A DNA stretch of 64,000 bases from a virus (taxonomy: Duplodnaviria; Caudoviricetes), in the IMG/VR virus record IMGVR_UViG_3300013936_000023, positions 1 to 64,000 of that record; one strand, given 5' to 3'. The translations under genes and the position numbers were made by a program. Of the stretch, positions 55,339-64,000 are shown one piece after another (the first letter of the stretch is position 1; every line of letters starts with the position of its first letter). Under the pieces are notes generated by a model. That model did no database searches, was not told where the DNA came from, and was given only the letters and a program-made list of their open reading frames with translations.

Positions 55339-56034
55339 ATGGACAGAAAATTTCGATTACTGGTCTGTTGTGAAGAAAGTCAGCGTGTATGTACGGCGTT
55401 TAGAGAGCGCGGCTGGGAGGCGTACAGTTGCGATATCGAGCCATGTTCTGGCAGTCATCCTGAATGGCATATCCAACAGGATGTGCTACCGTTGATTGAT
55501 GGAGACTGTACGTTTACAACCATGAATGGCGTCGAGCATCATATTGATGGTCGGTGGGATTTGCTGATTGCTCACCCGCCTTGCACTTATATGTCCAAAG
55601 CGGGTGCGAGATGGATGTATCCAACTGCTGGAGTTATCGACCAAGACCGGTTTGCATTAGCCATGGAAGCCAAGGATTTTTTCATGCGATTCTATAATGC
55701 AAAATGCGACCATATCGCCATTGAGAATCCACGCCCGCTCAAGGTTGTTGGATTGCCTAAGCCATCTCAAATTGTTCAGCCATATGAATATGGCGACCCA
55801 TACTCCAAGGAAACGCTGCTATGGACGACCGACGTTCCCGATTTAATCCCCACCAACATCTTGACAACCTACACTCCATATGTGCCGTCTAATACTGGCG
55901 TATTCAGTCGAGGTGGAGGCGGCAATAGTGGCGTAGCACAAGGCTCTACAAAGCGGTCTAAAACATTTGAAGGCATTGCCAAGGCTATAGCTGACCAGTG
56001 GGGCGCATACATCGAGGGCAAATCCAATGGCTAA
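55339..56034 (+). CDS. DNA cytosine-C5 methyltransferase-like protein (short, atypical motif I)
   Basis: LVCCEES, SCDI, AHPPCTY (motif IV), IENP (motif VI), K.T.LW and RSKTF.GIA. Confidence 0.75.
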   Translation: MDRKFRLLVCCEESQRVCTAFRERGWEAYSCDIEPCSGSHPEWHIQQDVLPLIDGDCTFTTMNGVEHHIDGRWDLLIAHPPCTYMSKAGARWMYPTAGVIDQDRFALAMEAKDFFMRFYNAKCDHIAIENPRPLKVVGLPKPSQIVQPYEYGDPYSKETLLWTTDVPDLIPTNILTTYTPYVPSNTGVFSRGGGGNSGVAQGSTKRSKTFEGIAKAIADQWGAYIEGKSNG

Positions 56035-56371
56035 AAAATCGACAAGTCCAGATGCGGTTGAACGCAAAGCCTTGCTTGATTACATCAAATCCATTGACCC
56101 CAACGCCAACTTCATTGTGATTGGCTCGCAGCTCAAGCGGATGACGGCTGAAGGTATGACCTATGTCGGTATACGATATGCGCTATGGTATAGCATCAAC
56201 GTCAAACAGATGCAGTATCGTGGCATTGGTATCGTGCCATATATCTATGATGAAGCAAAGGCATATTGGCAATGGCAGCAGCGTATGAAGCAACAGGTAG
56301 CCAGTTGGCAACCACAAGATAATGACGCCGTAGTTGTTAAGCGGCAGAGAGAGGCCGAGGTGTTTGTATGA
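56027..56371 (+). CDS. Hypothetical protein upstream of helicase
   Basis: 114 aa with GIGIVPYIYDEA; ATG overlap. Confidence 0.65.
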   Translation: MAKKSTSPDAVERKALLDYIKSIDPNANFIVIGSQLKRMTAEGMTYVGIRYALWYSINVKQMQYRGIGIVPYIYDEAKAYWQWQQRMKQQVASWQPQDNDAVVVKRQREAEVFV

Positions 56372-57852
56372 GCGTATATGATTCACAGGTGGCTCGCCTT
56401 TGCTTAGGCGCTATGCTCATCAAGCCAAGTCTTGCTCTGAGCGATAAATTCCCATTAGCCAAGCAGGATTTTGAGCCGCAGATTTTTCATCTTAGGCTAT
56501 ATCAGGCTATCACGGCGTTAGCCAAGCGTGGCGCTCAGAGCATTAGCGCGATGGATTGTTATACACTATGCGCGAATAACGCTGAAGTCAAGCGGGTGTT
56601 TGATGATAACAGCCTGACAGATTTCATCGACACCATCAAGCAGTTGGCCAGCGCGGACAACTTTGAGCTATATTGGTCGAGCGTTCGTAAGGCAACATTG
56701 CTTAGAGAATATGCTAAGGCTGGCTTTGACATTGGCCGCTTTGAAGGAGATATGGCTAAGTGGAGTATCCAAGATATTCTCGACTACTATGACGGTTTAG
56801 CTATCAGCATCCGCAAGCAATTCTATCAGGATAAGAGCACAAAAGAAATGAAGGCGGGAGATGGCTTTGAAGTGGTCAAGGAACGATTCAAGGATGAGCC
56901 AGCATTTGGCGCAACTACCTTCAGCCGATACCTTAACACGGCGGCAAGAGGTTGGCAACGTGGCCAGTTGACAATGCACGGCGCGGTTAGTGGTTCTGGC
57001 AAGACAGGCGTGGCGCTATACAATGCGGCGTTGGTTGCTTGCCCTGAGCTATGGGGTGATGAGGCTGGATGCTATCAGCCTAACCCATGCTACCAGCATA
57101 AAGGTTGTCTCGTAATCCAGTACGAGCTAAACGACCAAGAGGAGCTTACACCTAAGCTCATCGGCTCTATTAGCGGGGTTCAGACCTATCATATCCTCAA
57201 TGGTCGATACGAGGATGGCGAGGAAGAGCGCGTAGACAAGGCTATTGAAATCTTGCACGATTCTAACATCTACCTTGTAACCATGCCAAGCTTTACGAAC
57301 GACAAGCTCAAGGCGTGCATCAAGGAATATGCCACGTTGCATGATGTTGGCTATGTGGTCTTTGACTATGTGAGCCAGCAGTCCGCGGTATCGAGCGATA
57401 TCGCTAAGAAGAACGGCGTGGCAACTCGCTCAGACCAAGTGCTGTCAGACATTGTTTCCAACCTCAAGGATATTGCGGTTGAAAATAACGTGGCCATTCT
57501 GACGTTCTGTCAGACCAACGCCAACGTCAACAACCAAGAGGTTCTTGATGCCGGATGCTTGGCTGGTAGTCGCGCTATGCAAGATAAGCTGGACGTGGGC
57601 GGCATCATCATGCCGTTACGTCGCCAAGAGAAAGAAATCGTGGCTATGATGGTTGAGGCCGGTAAAGCGCCCATTGAGCCAAACCGCATCATTCATTTGT
57701 TCAAGGTTCGCTTTGGCAATCAGATTCGGCACCTCAAAGTTTGGGGTAGGTTGGATTTGAACACAGGCAGATGGACGGATTGCTGGTGCACTGATAGCGA
57801 TAACAAGCCATACGAGATGACAAGGACAAAGCTGGTATATGCCAATGATTGA
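56368..57852 (+). CDS. DnaB-like replicative helicase
   Basis: GAVSGSGKT, YEL, VFDYV, QTN and GSRAMQDK motifs. Confidence 0.85.
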   Translation: MSVYDSQVARLCLGAMLIKPSLALSDKFPLAKQDFEPQIFHLRLYQAITALAKRGAQSISAMDCYTLCANNAEVKRVFDDNSLTDFIDTIKQLASADNFELYWSSVRKATLLREYAKAGFDIGRFEGDMAKWSIQDILDYYDGLAISIRKQFYQDKSTKEMKAGDGFEVVKERFKDEPAFGATTFSRYLNTAARGWQRGQLTMHGAVSGSGKTGVALYNAALVACPELWGDEAGCYQPNPCYQHKGCLVIQYELNDQEELTPKLIGSISGVQTYHILNGRYEDGEEERVDKAIEILHDSNIYLVTMPSFTNDKLKACIKEYATLHDVGYVVFDYVSQQSAVSSDIAKKNGVATRSDQVLSDIVSNLKDIAVENNVAILTFCQTNANVNNQEVLDAGCLAGSRAMQDKLDVGGIIMPLRRQEKEIVAMMVEAGKAPIEPNRIIHLFKVRFGNQIRHLKVWGRLDLNTGRWTDCWCTDSDNKPYEMTRTKLVYAND

Positions 57853-58900
57853 TATCCAATCCATCAAACAACAAATCAACGCCGACAACATCATTGACCT
57901 CATGGATTCGCTTGGAGCGGATTACAATTTTGCCTCAGCTCATCAAATCCACTTCAAGTCCATATGCCATGGCTCTGATAGCTATAAGCTATGGTGGTAT
58001 GATGACGATGCTGGAGGCCATTTGCGTTGTCATAGAGATGGTGAGAGCTGGGACGTGATTGGTTTTGTTCAATTTATCAAACATCTGGACTTCCTACCAG
58101 CAGTTGAATATATTTGCCAGACGCTTGATATCCACGCCGCTGAGGTAGACACAAGAGATGATGTTGACCCGTGGCAAAAAGAATTGCGCCGTTGGTTGCC
58201 AAATGCCGAAGCCGAACCTGAGCCACTGACAACCTATGACCCAAGCGTGCTACGGCTGTTCAAGCCCATCCCCCATAAATCATGGCTTGATGACGGAATT
58301 AGCAAGGCGGCCATGCGCAAGTTCAGCATAGGCTGGTATGGGCGTAATGCCCAAATCGCCATCCCTGTGCATGACCCTGATGGCAATCTTGTGGGCATCC
58401 ATGCTCGTAATACACGCCGAGCCATTGTTGATGCTGGACGCAAATACGAGCCGCTGAGAACCTTGACGCAAGATTATCGTTTCCCAACTGGCCGCGTATG
58501 TTATGGGCTATATGAGAACCAAGCCGCCATCAAGGCAACCCATGAGGTCACGATATTTGAAGCCCCTAAGTCAACGCTACAGATGGTGTCCATGCTTGGC
58601 GATGGCGCGGCTTGCGTTTCTTTATTTGGTTGGAATTGCAACAAGCTGCGTCGCGATATGCTCCTCGACCTTGGCATCCAGCGGATCAACATAGCGCTTG
58701 ACCGGCAGTACCATGAGACAAGAGGTGGTGAGTTCGGCGTATATGTTCGACAAGTCAAGAAGATTGCCAATCTCTTCAAGCCATATTGTCAAGTGGCGAT
58801 AATCTGGGATAAGCAAGACCGCCTTGGATACAAGGACTCGCCCAGCGACAAAGGGTTTGAGGTTTGGAATAAATTATATCAAGAGAGGACGATTCTATGA
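57839..58900 (+). CDS. DNA primase (Zn finger plus TOPRIM)
   Basis: ICH...CH zinc finger; IPVHD...GIHAR; YGL; IFEAPKS; IALD; KDSPSD. Confidence 0.85.
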   Translation: MPMIDIQSIKQQINADNIIDLMDSLGADYNFASAHQIHFKSICHGSDSYKLWWYDDDAGGHLRCHRDGESWDVIGFVQFIKHLDFLPAVEYICQTLDIHAAEVDTRDDVDPWQKELRRWLPNAEAEPEPLTTYDPSVLRLFKPIPHKSWLDDGISKAAMRKFSIGWYGRNAQIAIPVHDPDGNLVGIHARNTRRAIVDAGRKYEPLRTLTQDYRFPTGRVCYGLYENQAAIKATHEVTIFEAPKSTLQMVSMLGDGAACVSLFGWNCNKLRRDMLLDLGIQRINIALDRQYHETRGGEFGVYVRQVKKIANLFKPYCQVAIIWDKQDRLGYKDSPSDKGFEVWNKLYQERTIL

Positions 58901-59073
58901 GTTGCGAATATGAGCATCGGTTTGAGCGAATCACTGGTTGGCGTGACGCCAATACGCCCATCACGTCCAAGGCGTGTTTATGTTGGGCTGAGAAAGAACC
59001 GCCTGATTGCCCCTACTTTTTGGATGATAACCAGAAAGATTGCCCAAGATACAAAGAAAAAATTTCAGAATAG
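58897..59073 (+). CDS. Small Cys-containing protein (58 aa)
   Basis: Not in track. MSCEYEHRFERITGW...; RBS AGAGGA; ATGA overlap. Confidence 0.55.
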   Translation: MSCEYEHRFERITGWRDANTPITSKACLCWAEKEPPDCPYFLDDNQKDCPRYKEKISE

Positions 59074-59077
59074 CCCC

Positions 59078-59106
59078 TTGACATCCTCCTTATGGTTTGG
59101 TATGAT
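59078..59106 (+). promoter_or_regulatory. SigmaA promoter with anti-SD spacer
   Basis: TTGACA-17-TATGAT; CCTCCTTATG is the exact complement of CATAAGGAGG (59120-59129). Confidence 0.75.
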
Positions 59107-59137
59107 TGTGATATCAAATCATAAGGAGGTTTTGTTT

Positions 59138-59401
59138 ATGAGCTACAACGAGTGGCTGACTGAGGTTTGTAAGCACACCGAAGACTTGATGGATTGCACT
59201 ACGCAAATTTATGGATATGGCGTTCGTCTTAAATTCAAGCCGTTTGGCACAATACTTTGGTCGATGATGTTCGAGGAAGGCTGGCTTGGCGAGGAATATA
59301 ATCTCTACACCAATCCCAAAGCTACGGCATACAACATGGCCATCCTCGTTCGCCGTGAATGGTGGAAGGTCATCTCCAGAAAGGACGAACACAATGATTG
59401 A
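59138..59401 (+). CDS. Hypothetical protein
   Basis: MSYNEW...; RBS AAGGAGG; 87 aa. Confidence 0.7.
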   Translation: MSYNEWLTEVCKHTEDLMDCTTQIYGYGVRLKFKPFGTILWSMMFEEGWLGEEYNLYTNPKATAYNMAILVRREWWKVISRKDEHND

Positions 59402-61016
59402 CCACCGTTCTTTTGGCATCACCTATAAAGCAAATCAGACCAAGCTTCACAAGCTCTACAAAGAGGATGTTAAGTGGTTCAAAGAAGCCATTCACGCCAA
59501 CCCGTATCGTGTTCTCATTGATCAAGCTGGCATGAGTTGGGCTAAGGCTGATGAGCTTGCTACAAGCCGCTATTGCAAGCTGGACGATTATAACCGATGC
59601 ACATACGCCGTCTATGAGGCGCTGAAAGCCAATGAACAGCATGGCAATACGCGCATGGTCGATTCAGAACTTGCCCGTGATGTTCATAAACTTGCGCCAG
59701 AGGTTATCCCCAGCATTGTCAAAGTTGTTAGCGATGACCTGCGCATCTGGTACGACCCGTCTCGTCATCTGGTGGCTCTGAGTGGTACGCATAGAGCCGA
59801 GCAAAACATCGCAGAGCATATCAAGCGGCGGCTCAAAGCAAAGCGTGACGATGTTGTTAATCGAGCCAACCATGAGGGGCTTACAGACGAGCAGTTCAGC
59901 GCTGTAGAGCTTGCCATCAACCGTGACGTGTCGATGCTCAATGGCTATGCTGGCTCAGGTAAGAGCTTCACGACCAAGGCCATTATCGCCGAGCTTGAAG
60001 ACCGCGGGCTTAACTACCAGCTCCTCGCCCCTACTGGTATCGCCGCCAAGGTGCTGCGTGGCTATACTGGCCGTCAAGCCATGACTATCCATATGTTCTT
60101 GACTGACCCATGGAAGCCCGACTATATTATCATCGACGAGGCAAGCATGGTATCGGTTCATCTGCTGTCGGCATTGCTTGATGCTGTTGGCAATAAGCCG
60201 CGCCTTGTATTCGTTGCCGATAATGCCCAACTTGCATCTATCCAATGTGGCTCGGTGGTTCAGGATATCATCGACGGCGGCGTTGTTCCGCGTACACAAC
60301 TTACCAAGATTTTCCGTTATAATTCGAGCGGCATTGTCACCATAGCAACTGATATGCGGCAAGGCAGTTGCGAGCATTTGACGGATGATTTTCCTGATTA
60401 TTTATTTGAGCAGGAGAACAATTCTGAACCTATCCAACAGGTAGTTCGGCATTATGAGGCGTTGCTTGCTCAAGGCTATACGCCTGACGACATCATGGTG
60501 TTATGCCCGTTCAATCGGCACGTTGGAGCAGACGCTATCAATGTAGCCATCAGCGATATGGTTAATCCCAACGAGCCAGTACGCAAGAACAGCACTATCA
60601 AGATTGGCGACAAGGTTATCAACATCAAGAACGATTACTCGGCTGGCGTCGACAACTTCATTGCCAATGGCGATATTGGCTATCTGCGCAAATATCAACC
60701 CGTGCGCGGAGACGAGGATATCGTGCTGGTGGATTTTGACAATGGTGAACACAATGTTGGTAGCCTCATGCGGCTCAAGCAAGCATATGCTCTCAGCGTG
60801 CATAAGAGTCAAGGCAGTTCGGCCAAGGTGGTCATCGCACTGATTGACCCAAGCCACGGGTTCTTCCTTAGCCGTAATCTTATGTACGTGGCGGTTACTC
60901 GTGCGCGTGAGAAGCTAATCGTGATTGGCGATGAGGGGACCATCGCCGATGGCATCAAGACGGTTGAGCAGTTGAAACGAAATACGGGATTAAAAGAAAT
61001 GTTGGCGGCCACTTGA
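59394..61016 (+). CDS. RecD2-like SF1B helicase
   Basis: GYAGSGKS, LAPTG, IIDEASM, DNAQL, YALSVHKSQGS and YVAVTRA motifs. Confidence 0.88.
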   Translation: MIDHRSFGITYKANQTKLHKLYKEDVKWFKEAIHANPYRVLIDQAGMSWAKADELATSRYCKLDDYNRCTYAVYEALKANEQHGNTRMVDSELARDVHKLAPEVIPSIVKVVSDDLRIWYDPSRHLVALSGTHRAEQNIAEHIKRRLKAKRDDVVNRANHEGLTDEQFSAVELAINRDVSMLNGYAGSGKSFTTKAIIAELEDRGLNYQLLAPTGIAAKVLRGYTGRQAMTIHMFLTDPWKPDYIIIDEASMVSVHLLSALLDAVGNKPRLVFVADNAQLASIQCGSVVQDIIDGGVVPRTQLTKIFRYNSSGIVTIATDMRQGSCEHLTDDFPDYLFEQENNSEPIQQVVRHYEALLAQGYTPDDIMVLCPFNRHVGADAINVAISDMVNPNEPVRKNSTIKIGDKVINIKNDYSAGVDNFIANGDIGYLRKYQPVRGDEDIVLVDFDNGEHNVGSLMRLKQAYALSVHKSQGSSAKVVIALIDPSHGFFLSRNLMYVAVTRAREKLIVIGDEGTIADGIKTVEQLKRNTGLKEMLAAT

Positions 61017-61041
61017 CAACGACACATCTATTTGATATAAT
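61013..61041 (+). promoter_or_regulatory. SigmaA promoter
   Basis: TTGACA-17-TATAAT. Confidence 0.7.
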
Positions 61042-61075
61042 CTAATGTGTCAAAGGGCAGAAAGGAGGAAACACC

Positions 61076-61282
61076 ATGACAGTAGCCGAGCTTATCTGGA
61101 AGCTCTTGTACTATCCATATGATATGGAAGTTAAGGTCTGCGTAAGGCCAAGAGTTGAACCAGCGGCAAGTGTAGGCCCAAGCGTCGATATTGACACCAA
61201 CAAAACATCAATAGTTATCTACGGCGATAAGCCATATGATATGTTCAAGGAGGTATCAGCAGTTGCAAGTTACAAAGCGTGA
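61076..61282 (+). CDS. Small hypothetical protein
   Basis: MTVAELIWKL...; RBS AAAGGAGG. Confidence 0.6.
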   Translation: MTVAELIWKLLYYPYDMEVKVCVRPRVEPAASVGPSVDIDTNKTSIVIYGDKPYDMFKEVSAVASYKA

Positions 61283-64000
61283 TGGCCGAAAGGTCGAATT
61301 TGATTCAGACAAGATTGTCAAGGCAATCACCAAGGCGTTCGTCGAGGTTTATCCTGACGGCGTGACTGGTGAGATGCAGGAATGCGCGCATCGCATTGCC
61401 AATGAAATTGCCGCTAAGGACGGCATGACGGTTGAGGAGATTCAGGACGCCGTTGTTCGCAAGCTCATGGCAAGCAAATGGAAAGACGTAGCCAAGACCT
61501 ACGTTGAGTACCGCTATCTACATCAGATGGCGCGTAGCCAGTATGCCCAGCTCATGGACGCCATTGCCGAAAAGCTGGAGGCGCGAGATGTCAAGAACCA
61601 AAATGCAAATGTTGATGAGCACAGCTTTTGCGGGCGCGTGGGTGAGGCCAGCAGTGTTGTTAACAAAAAGTATGCGCTGGAATATCTGGTCTCGCCGATG
61701 GCTAAAGCGAACCATATCAACAATGAAATTTACATCCATGACCTTGACAGCTATGCAGTTGGTATGCACAATTGCTTCCAGCGTGATACAAAGTTCCTCA
61801 CAACTGAAGGCATTAAGAAATTTTCAGATTTCAGGGATGGCGATAAAGTTAAAGTTCTCACGAAGGATGGCAACTGGAATGAAGCAACCGTCCATTGTTA
61901 TGGTCGACAGTCTATGTATCGTGTAACTCTGCGTAGAGGCAATCTCGTTAAGAGTTTTAATTGTACAAGAAATCATCGCTGGGTTTTGTGCGATGGTTCG
62001 GTTACGGATAATCTTCAGGTTGGAGATAGGCTGGTACCACTTGATATTGGCTCGGCGCTCAACTATGTTGAAGAACGTGAGGCAGACGAGTTTCTTGGCA
62101 TGACAAAAAGAGAAGCTGATATGTTCTGCTTTGGCTTTGTTATCGGCGATGGTTGCGATCATGGCAACAACATTCAGGCAAGAATCTGTGGAGACAAGGC
62201 AAAGTACCTTAAGCCGTTTGAGATTGCTCAGTATCGTAAGTCCTACATCAAAGATTCCAGCGATATTCTGTGCTTTAAGCAAGCGGAGTTTCATAAGCAA
62301 GAATTCCTTGACCATGAGATGTGGCGTCTTTTGTCTTTCGCCGACAAGGTGGAAGTATTTGCTGGTTACATGGCGGCAGACGGTAGCAAGACCACCTCAA
62401 CCAAACTTGTGTGGACTTCTGATGTTCGTGTGCTCAACATGATTAAAGACCTGTCGGCTTTGTGTGGATATCACATTCACCACATTCGCGAAATCAAGAA
62501 CAGCACAAACTATGCCGCAGACAGAATCTTGTATGAGGTTACGTTTACAACGTCTTATAGCGCAAACAGCACTTGGACGGTTACGAATATCGTTAAACAG
62601 TCAAACTCCGACTATGAGGCATGGTGTGTGGAAGAACCCAGTACCCATACGTTCACGCTTGATGGAGGAATTGTGACCGGCAACTGTTTGAGTATTCCGT
62701 TTGATGACCTGTTAGCCAACGGCTTCAATACTCGTCAGACGGATGTGCGCCCTGCTCAGAGCATCAACACGGCATTCCAGCTTGTGGCGGTCATTTTCCA
62801 GCTCCAGAGCCTCCAGCAATTTGGTGGTGTTAGCGCAACACATCTTGACTGGACGATGGTTCCTTATGTGCGCAAGTCGTTCGCCAAACATTGGAACGAT
62901 GGATGTAAGTATGTCGAGAATAGTATGGTAAAAGGCATCCCGCCTATCAACGGGAGCATCGACGACAAGTTCTTCACAAGTATGCCGAGAGCATATCAAT
63001 ACGCCATGGATATGACGGAGCGTGAATGTTATCGGGCCGTCGAAGGTATGTATCATAACCTCAATACTCTCCAGAGCCGTTCTGGCAATCAGCTGCCGTT
63101 CAGTTCCATCAACTATGGTACGTGCACATTGCCCGAAGGCCGCATGGTCATTAAAGCTTTACTGGACGTTTCTATTAAGGGCATGGGGAAACTCCACAAG
63201 ACCAGCATCTTCCCCTGCGGTATTTTCCAGTGTATGGATGGCGTGAATCGCCATGAAGGCGAACCTAACTACGACCTGTTCAGGCTGGCACTCAAGTCTA
63301 CAAGTCTGCGGCTGTACCCAAACTACGCCAACGTAGATTGGTCTGGTAATGCTGGCTACGACCGCAATGACCCTCGGACGTATTTTAGCACGATGGGTTG
63401 CCGTACTGCTAATGGCTGGGACATCAACGGCTTTGGGCAGCTTAAGGATGGGCGCGGCAACATCTGCCCTGTGACCATCATCATGCCGACTCTGGCCATG
63501 GAGGCCGAGGAGAGGGTTGACACCTTTACTGAGGACAACCAGCCAGATGTGGTTGAGATATTCATGCAACTGCTCGACCAGAAAATCCATGAAGCTAAAG
63601 ATATGCTCATTGAGCGCTTCAATTGGATTTGCTCACAGAGTCCAGACAGCGCCAAGTTCATGTATGAAAACCACACCATGGCTGGCTATATTCCTGAAGA
63701 GGGCATCCGCTCGGCGCTCAAGCATGGTACGCTTGCCATTGGTCAGCTTGGCCTTGCTGAGACATTGCAAATCTTGATTGGCTGCGACCATACCACGTCT
63801 AAAGGCATGGAGCTAGCCAAGCGTATCGAGCAGTTGTTCAAAGACCGCTGTGCTGAGTTCAAGGATCAGGAGCATCTAAATTTTGGCGTATACTATACGC
63901 CCGCAGAAAACCTTTGTTACACGGCCATGCAGAAGTTCAAGGCGCGTTACGGCGAAATTTCTAATGTCTCTGACAAGGATTTCTTCACCAATAGCATCCA
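61263..64000 (+). CDS. nrdD: Anaerobic ribonucleoside-triphosphate reductase, partial, intein-containing
   Basis: TTG start with AAGGAGG. ATP-cone MQVTKRDGRKVEFD; NQNANVDE, IYIHDLD, QFGG, TLQSRSGNQLPFSSINYG, MGCRT, GRGNI and TPAENL motifs. Open to the window end. Confidence 0.92.
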   Translation, partial: MQVTKRDGRKVEFDSDKIVKAITKAFVEVYPDGVTGEMQECAHRIANEIAAKDGMTVEEIQDAVVRKLMASKWKDVAKTYVEYRYLHQMARSQYAQLMDAIAEKLEARDVKNQNANVDEHSFCGRVGEASSVVNKKYALEYLVSPMAKANHINNEIYIHDLDSYAVGMHNCFQRDTKFLTTEGIKKFSDFRDGDKVKVLTKDGNWNEATVHCYGRQSMYRVTLRRGNLVKSFNCTRNHRWVLCDGSVTDNLQVGDRLVPLDIGSALNYVEEREADEFLGMTKREADMFCFGFVIGDGCDHGNNIQARICGDKAKYLKPFEIAQYRKSYIKDSSDILCFKQAEFHKQEFLDHEMWRLLSFADKVEVFAGYMAADGSKTTSTKLVWTSDVRVLNMIKDLSALCGYHIHHIREIKNSTNYAADRILYEVTFTTSYSANSTWTVTNIVKQSNSDYEAWCVEEPSTHTFTLDGGIVTGNCLSIPFDDLLANGFNTRQTDVRPAQSINTAFQLVAVIFQLQSLQQFGGVSATHLDWTMVPYVRKSFAKHWNDGCKYVENSMVKGIPPINGSIDDKFFTSMPRAYQYAMDMTERECYRAVEGMYHNLNTLQSRSGNQLPFSSINYGTCTLPEGRMVIKALLDVSIKGMGKLHKTSIFPCGIFQCMDGVNRHEGEPNYDLFRLALKSTSLRLYPNYANVDWSGNAGYDRNDPRTYFSTMGCRTANGWDINGFGQLKDGRGNICPVTIIMPTLAMEAEERVDTFTEDNQPDVVEIFMQLLDQKIHEAKDMLIERFNWICSQSPDSAKFMYENHTMAGYIPEEGIRSALKHGTLAIGQLGLAETLQILIGCDHTTSKGMELAKRIEQLFKDRCAEFKDQEHLNFGVYYTPAENLCYTAMQKFKARYGEISNVSDKDFFTNSI
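61773..62684 (+). mobile_element. Intein (304 aa) with LAGLIDADG endonuclease in nrdD
   Basis: Begins CFQRDTKFLTTEG; block B CTRNHRW; FGFVIGDG and AGYMAADG motifs; ends HTFTLDGGIVTGN before Cys+1. Exteins join as MHN-CLSIPFDDLL. Confidence 0.9.

Overview
The window is part of a large dsDNA tailed phage of the SPbeta-like type. The host is inferred to be a Firmicute, from its sigmaA-type TTGACA/TATAAT promoters and GGAGG ribosome-binding sites. The left arm (1-29.4 kb, minus strand) carries the virion module: tail fibre, tape measure, major tail, head-tail proteins, capsid, scaffold/protease, portal and terminase. It also encodes a phosphoesterase, two HU-like proteins and a YonO-like single-subunit RNA polymerase. 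The right arm (plus strand) holds small early genes, a split RecJ-like exonuclease, a tRNA/ncRNA cluster, a tyrosine recombinase, PhoH, a cysteine desulfurase, DnaE, a Sak4-like ATPase/SSB pair, helicase, primase, a RecD-like helicase and an intein-containing nrdD that runs off the end. Nine homing-type endonuclease domains are present. Most notable observations: (1) the tape-measure gene is split by two related, divergent group I introns whose predicted 5' splice sites lack the canonical U-G wobble, and one carries a promoter-driven membrane-protein gene instead of a nuclease; (2) terL is interrupted by TAT-TAG-G-TAT, the geometry of a ribosomal stop-hop; (3) four endonuclease genes share a three-way-junction leader whose loop pairs with the SD region, with covariation; (4) two endonucleases sit inside essential genes without an intron, flanked by recoded duplicates of the target; (5) a roughly 570-nt ornate ncRNA candidate, a double-T-loop tRNA-like RNA, an Arg-like tRNA with anticodon UAU, and two anti-SD small RNAs. 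All calls were made by eye from the sequence; no database searches were run.
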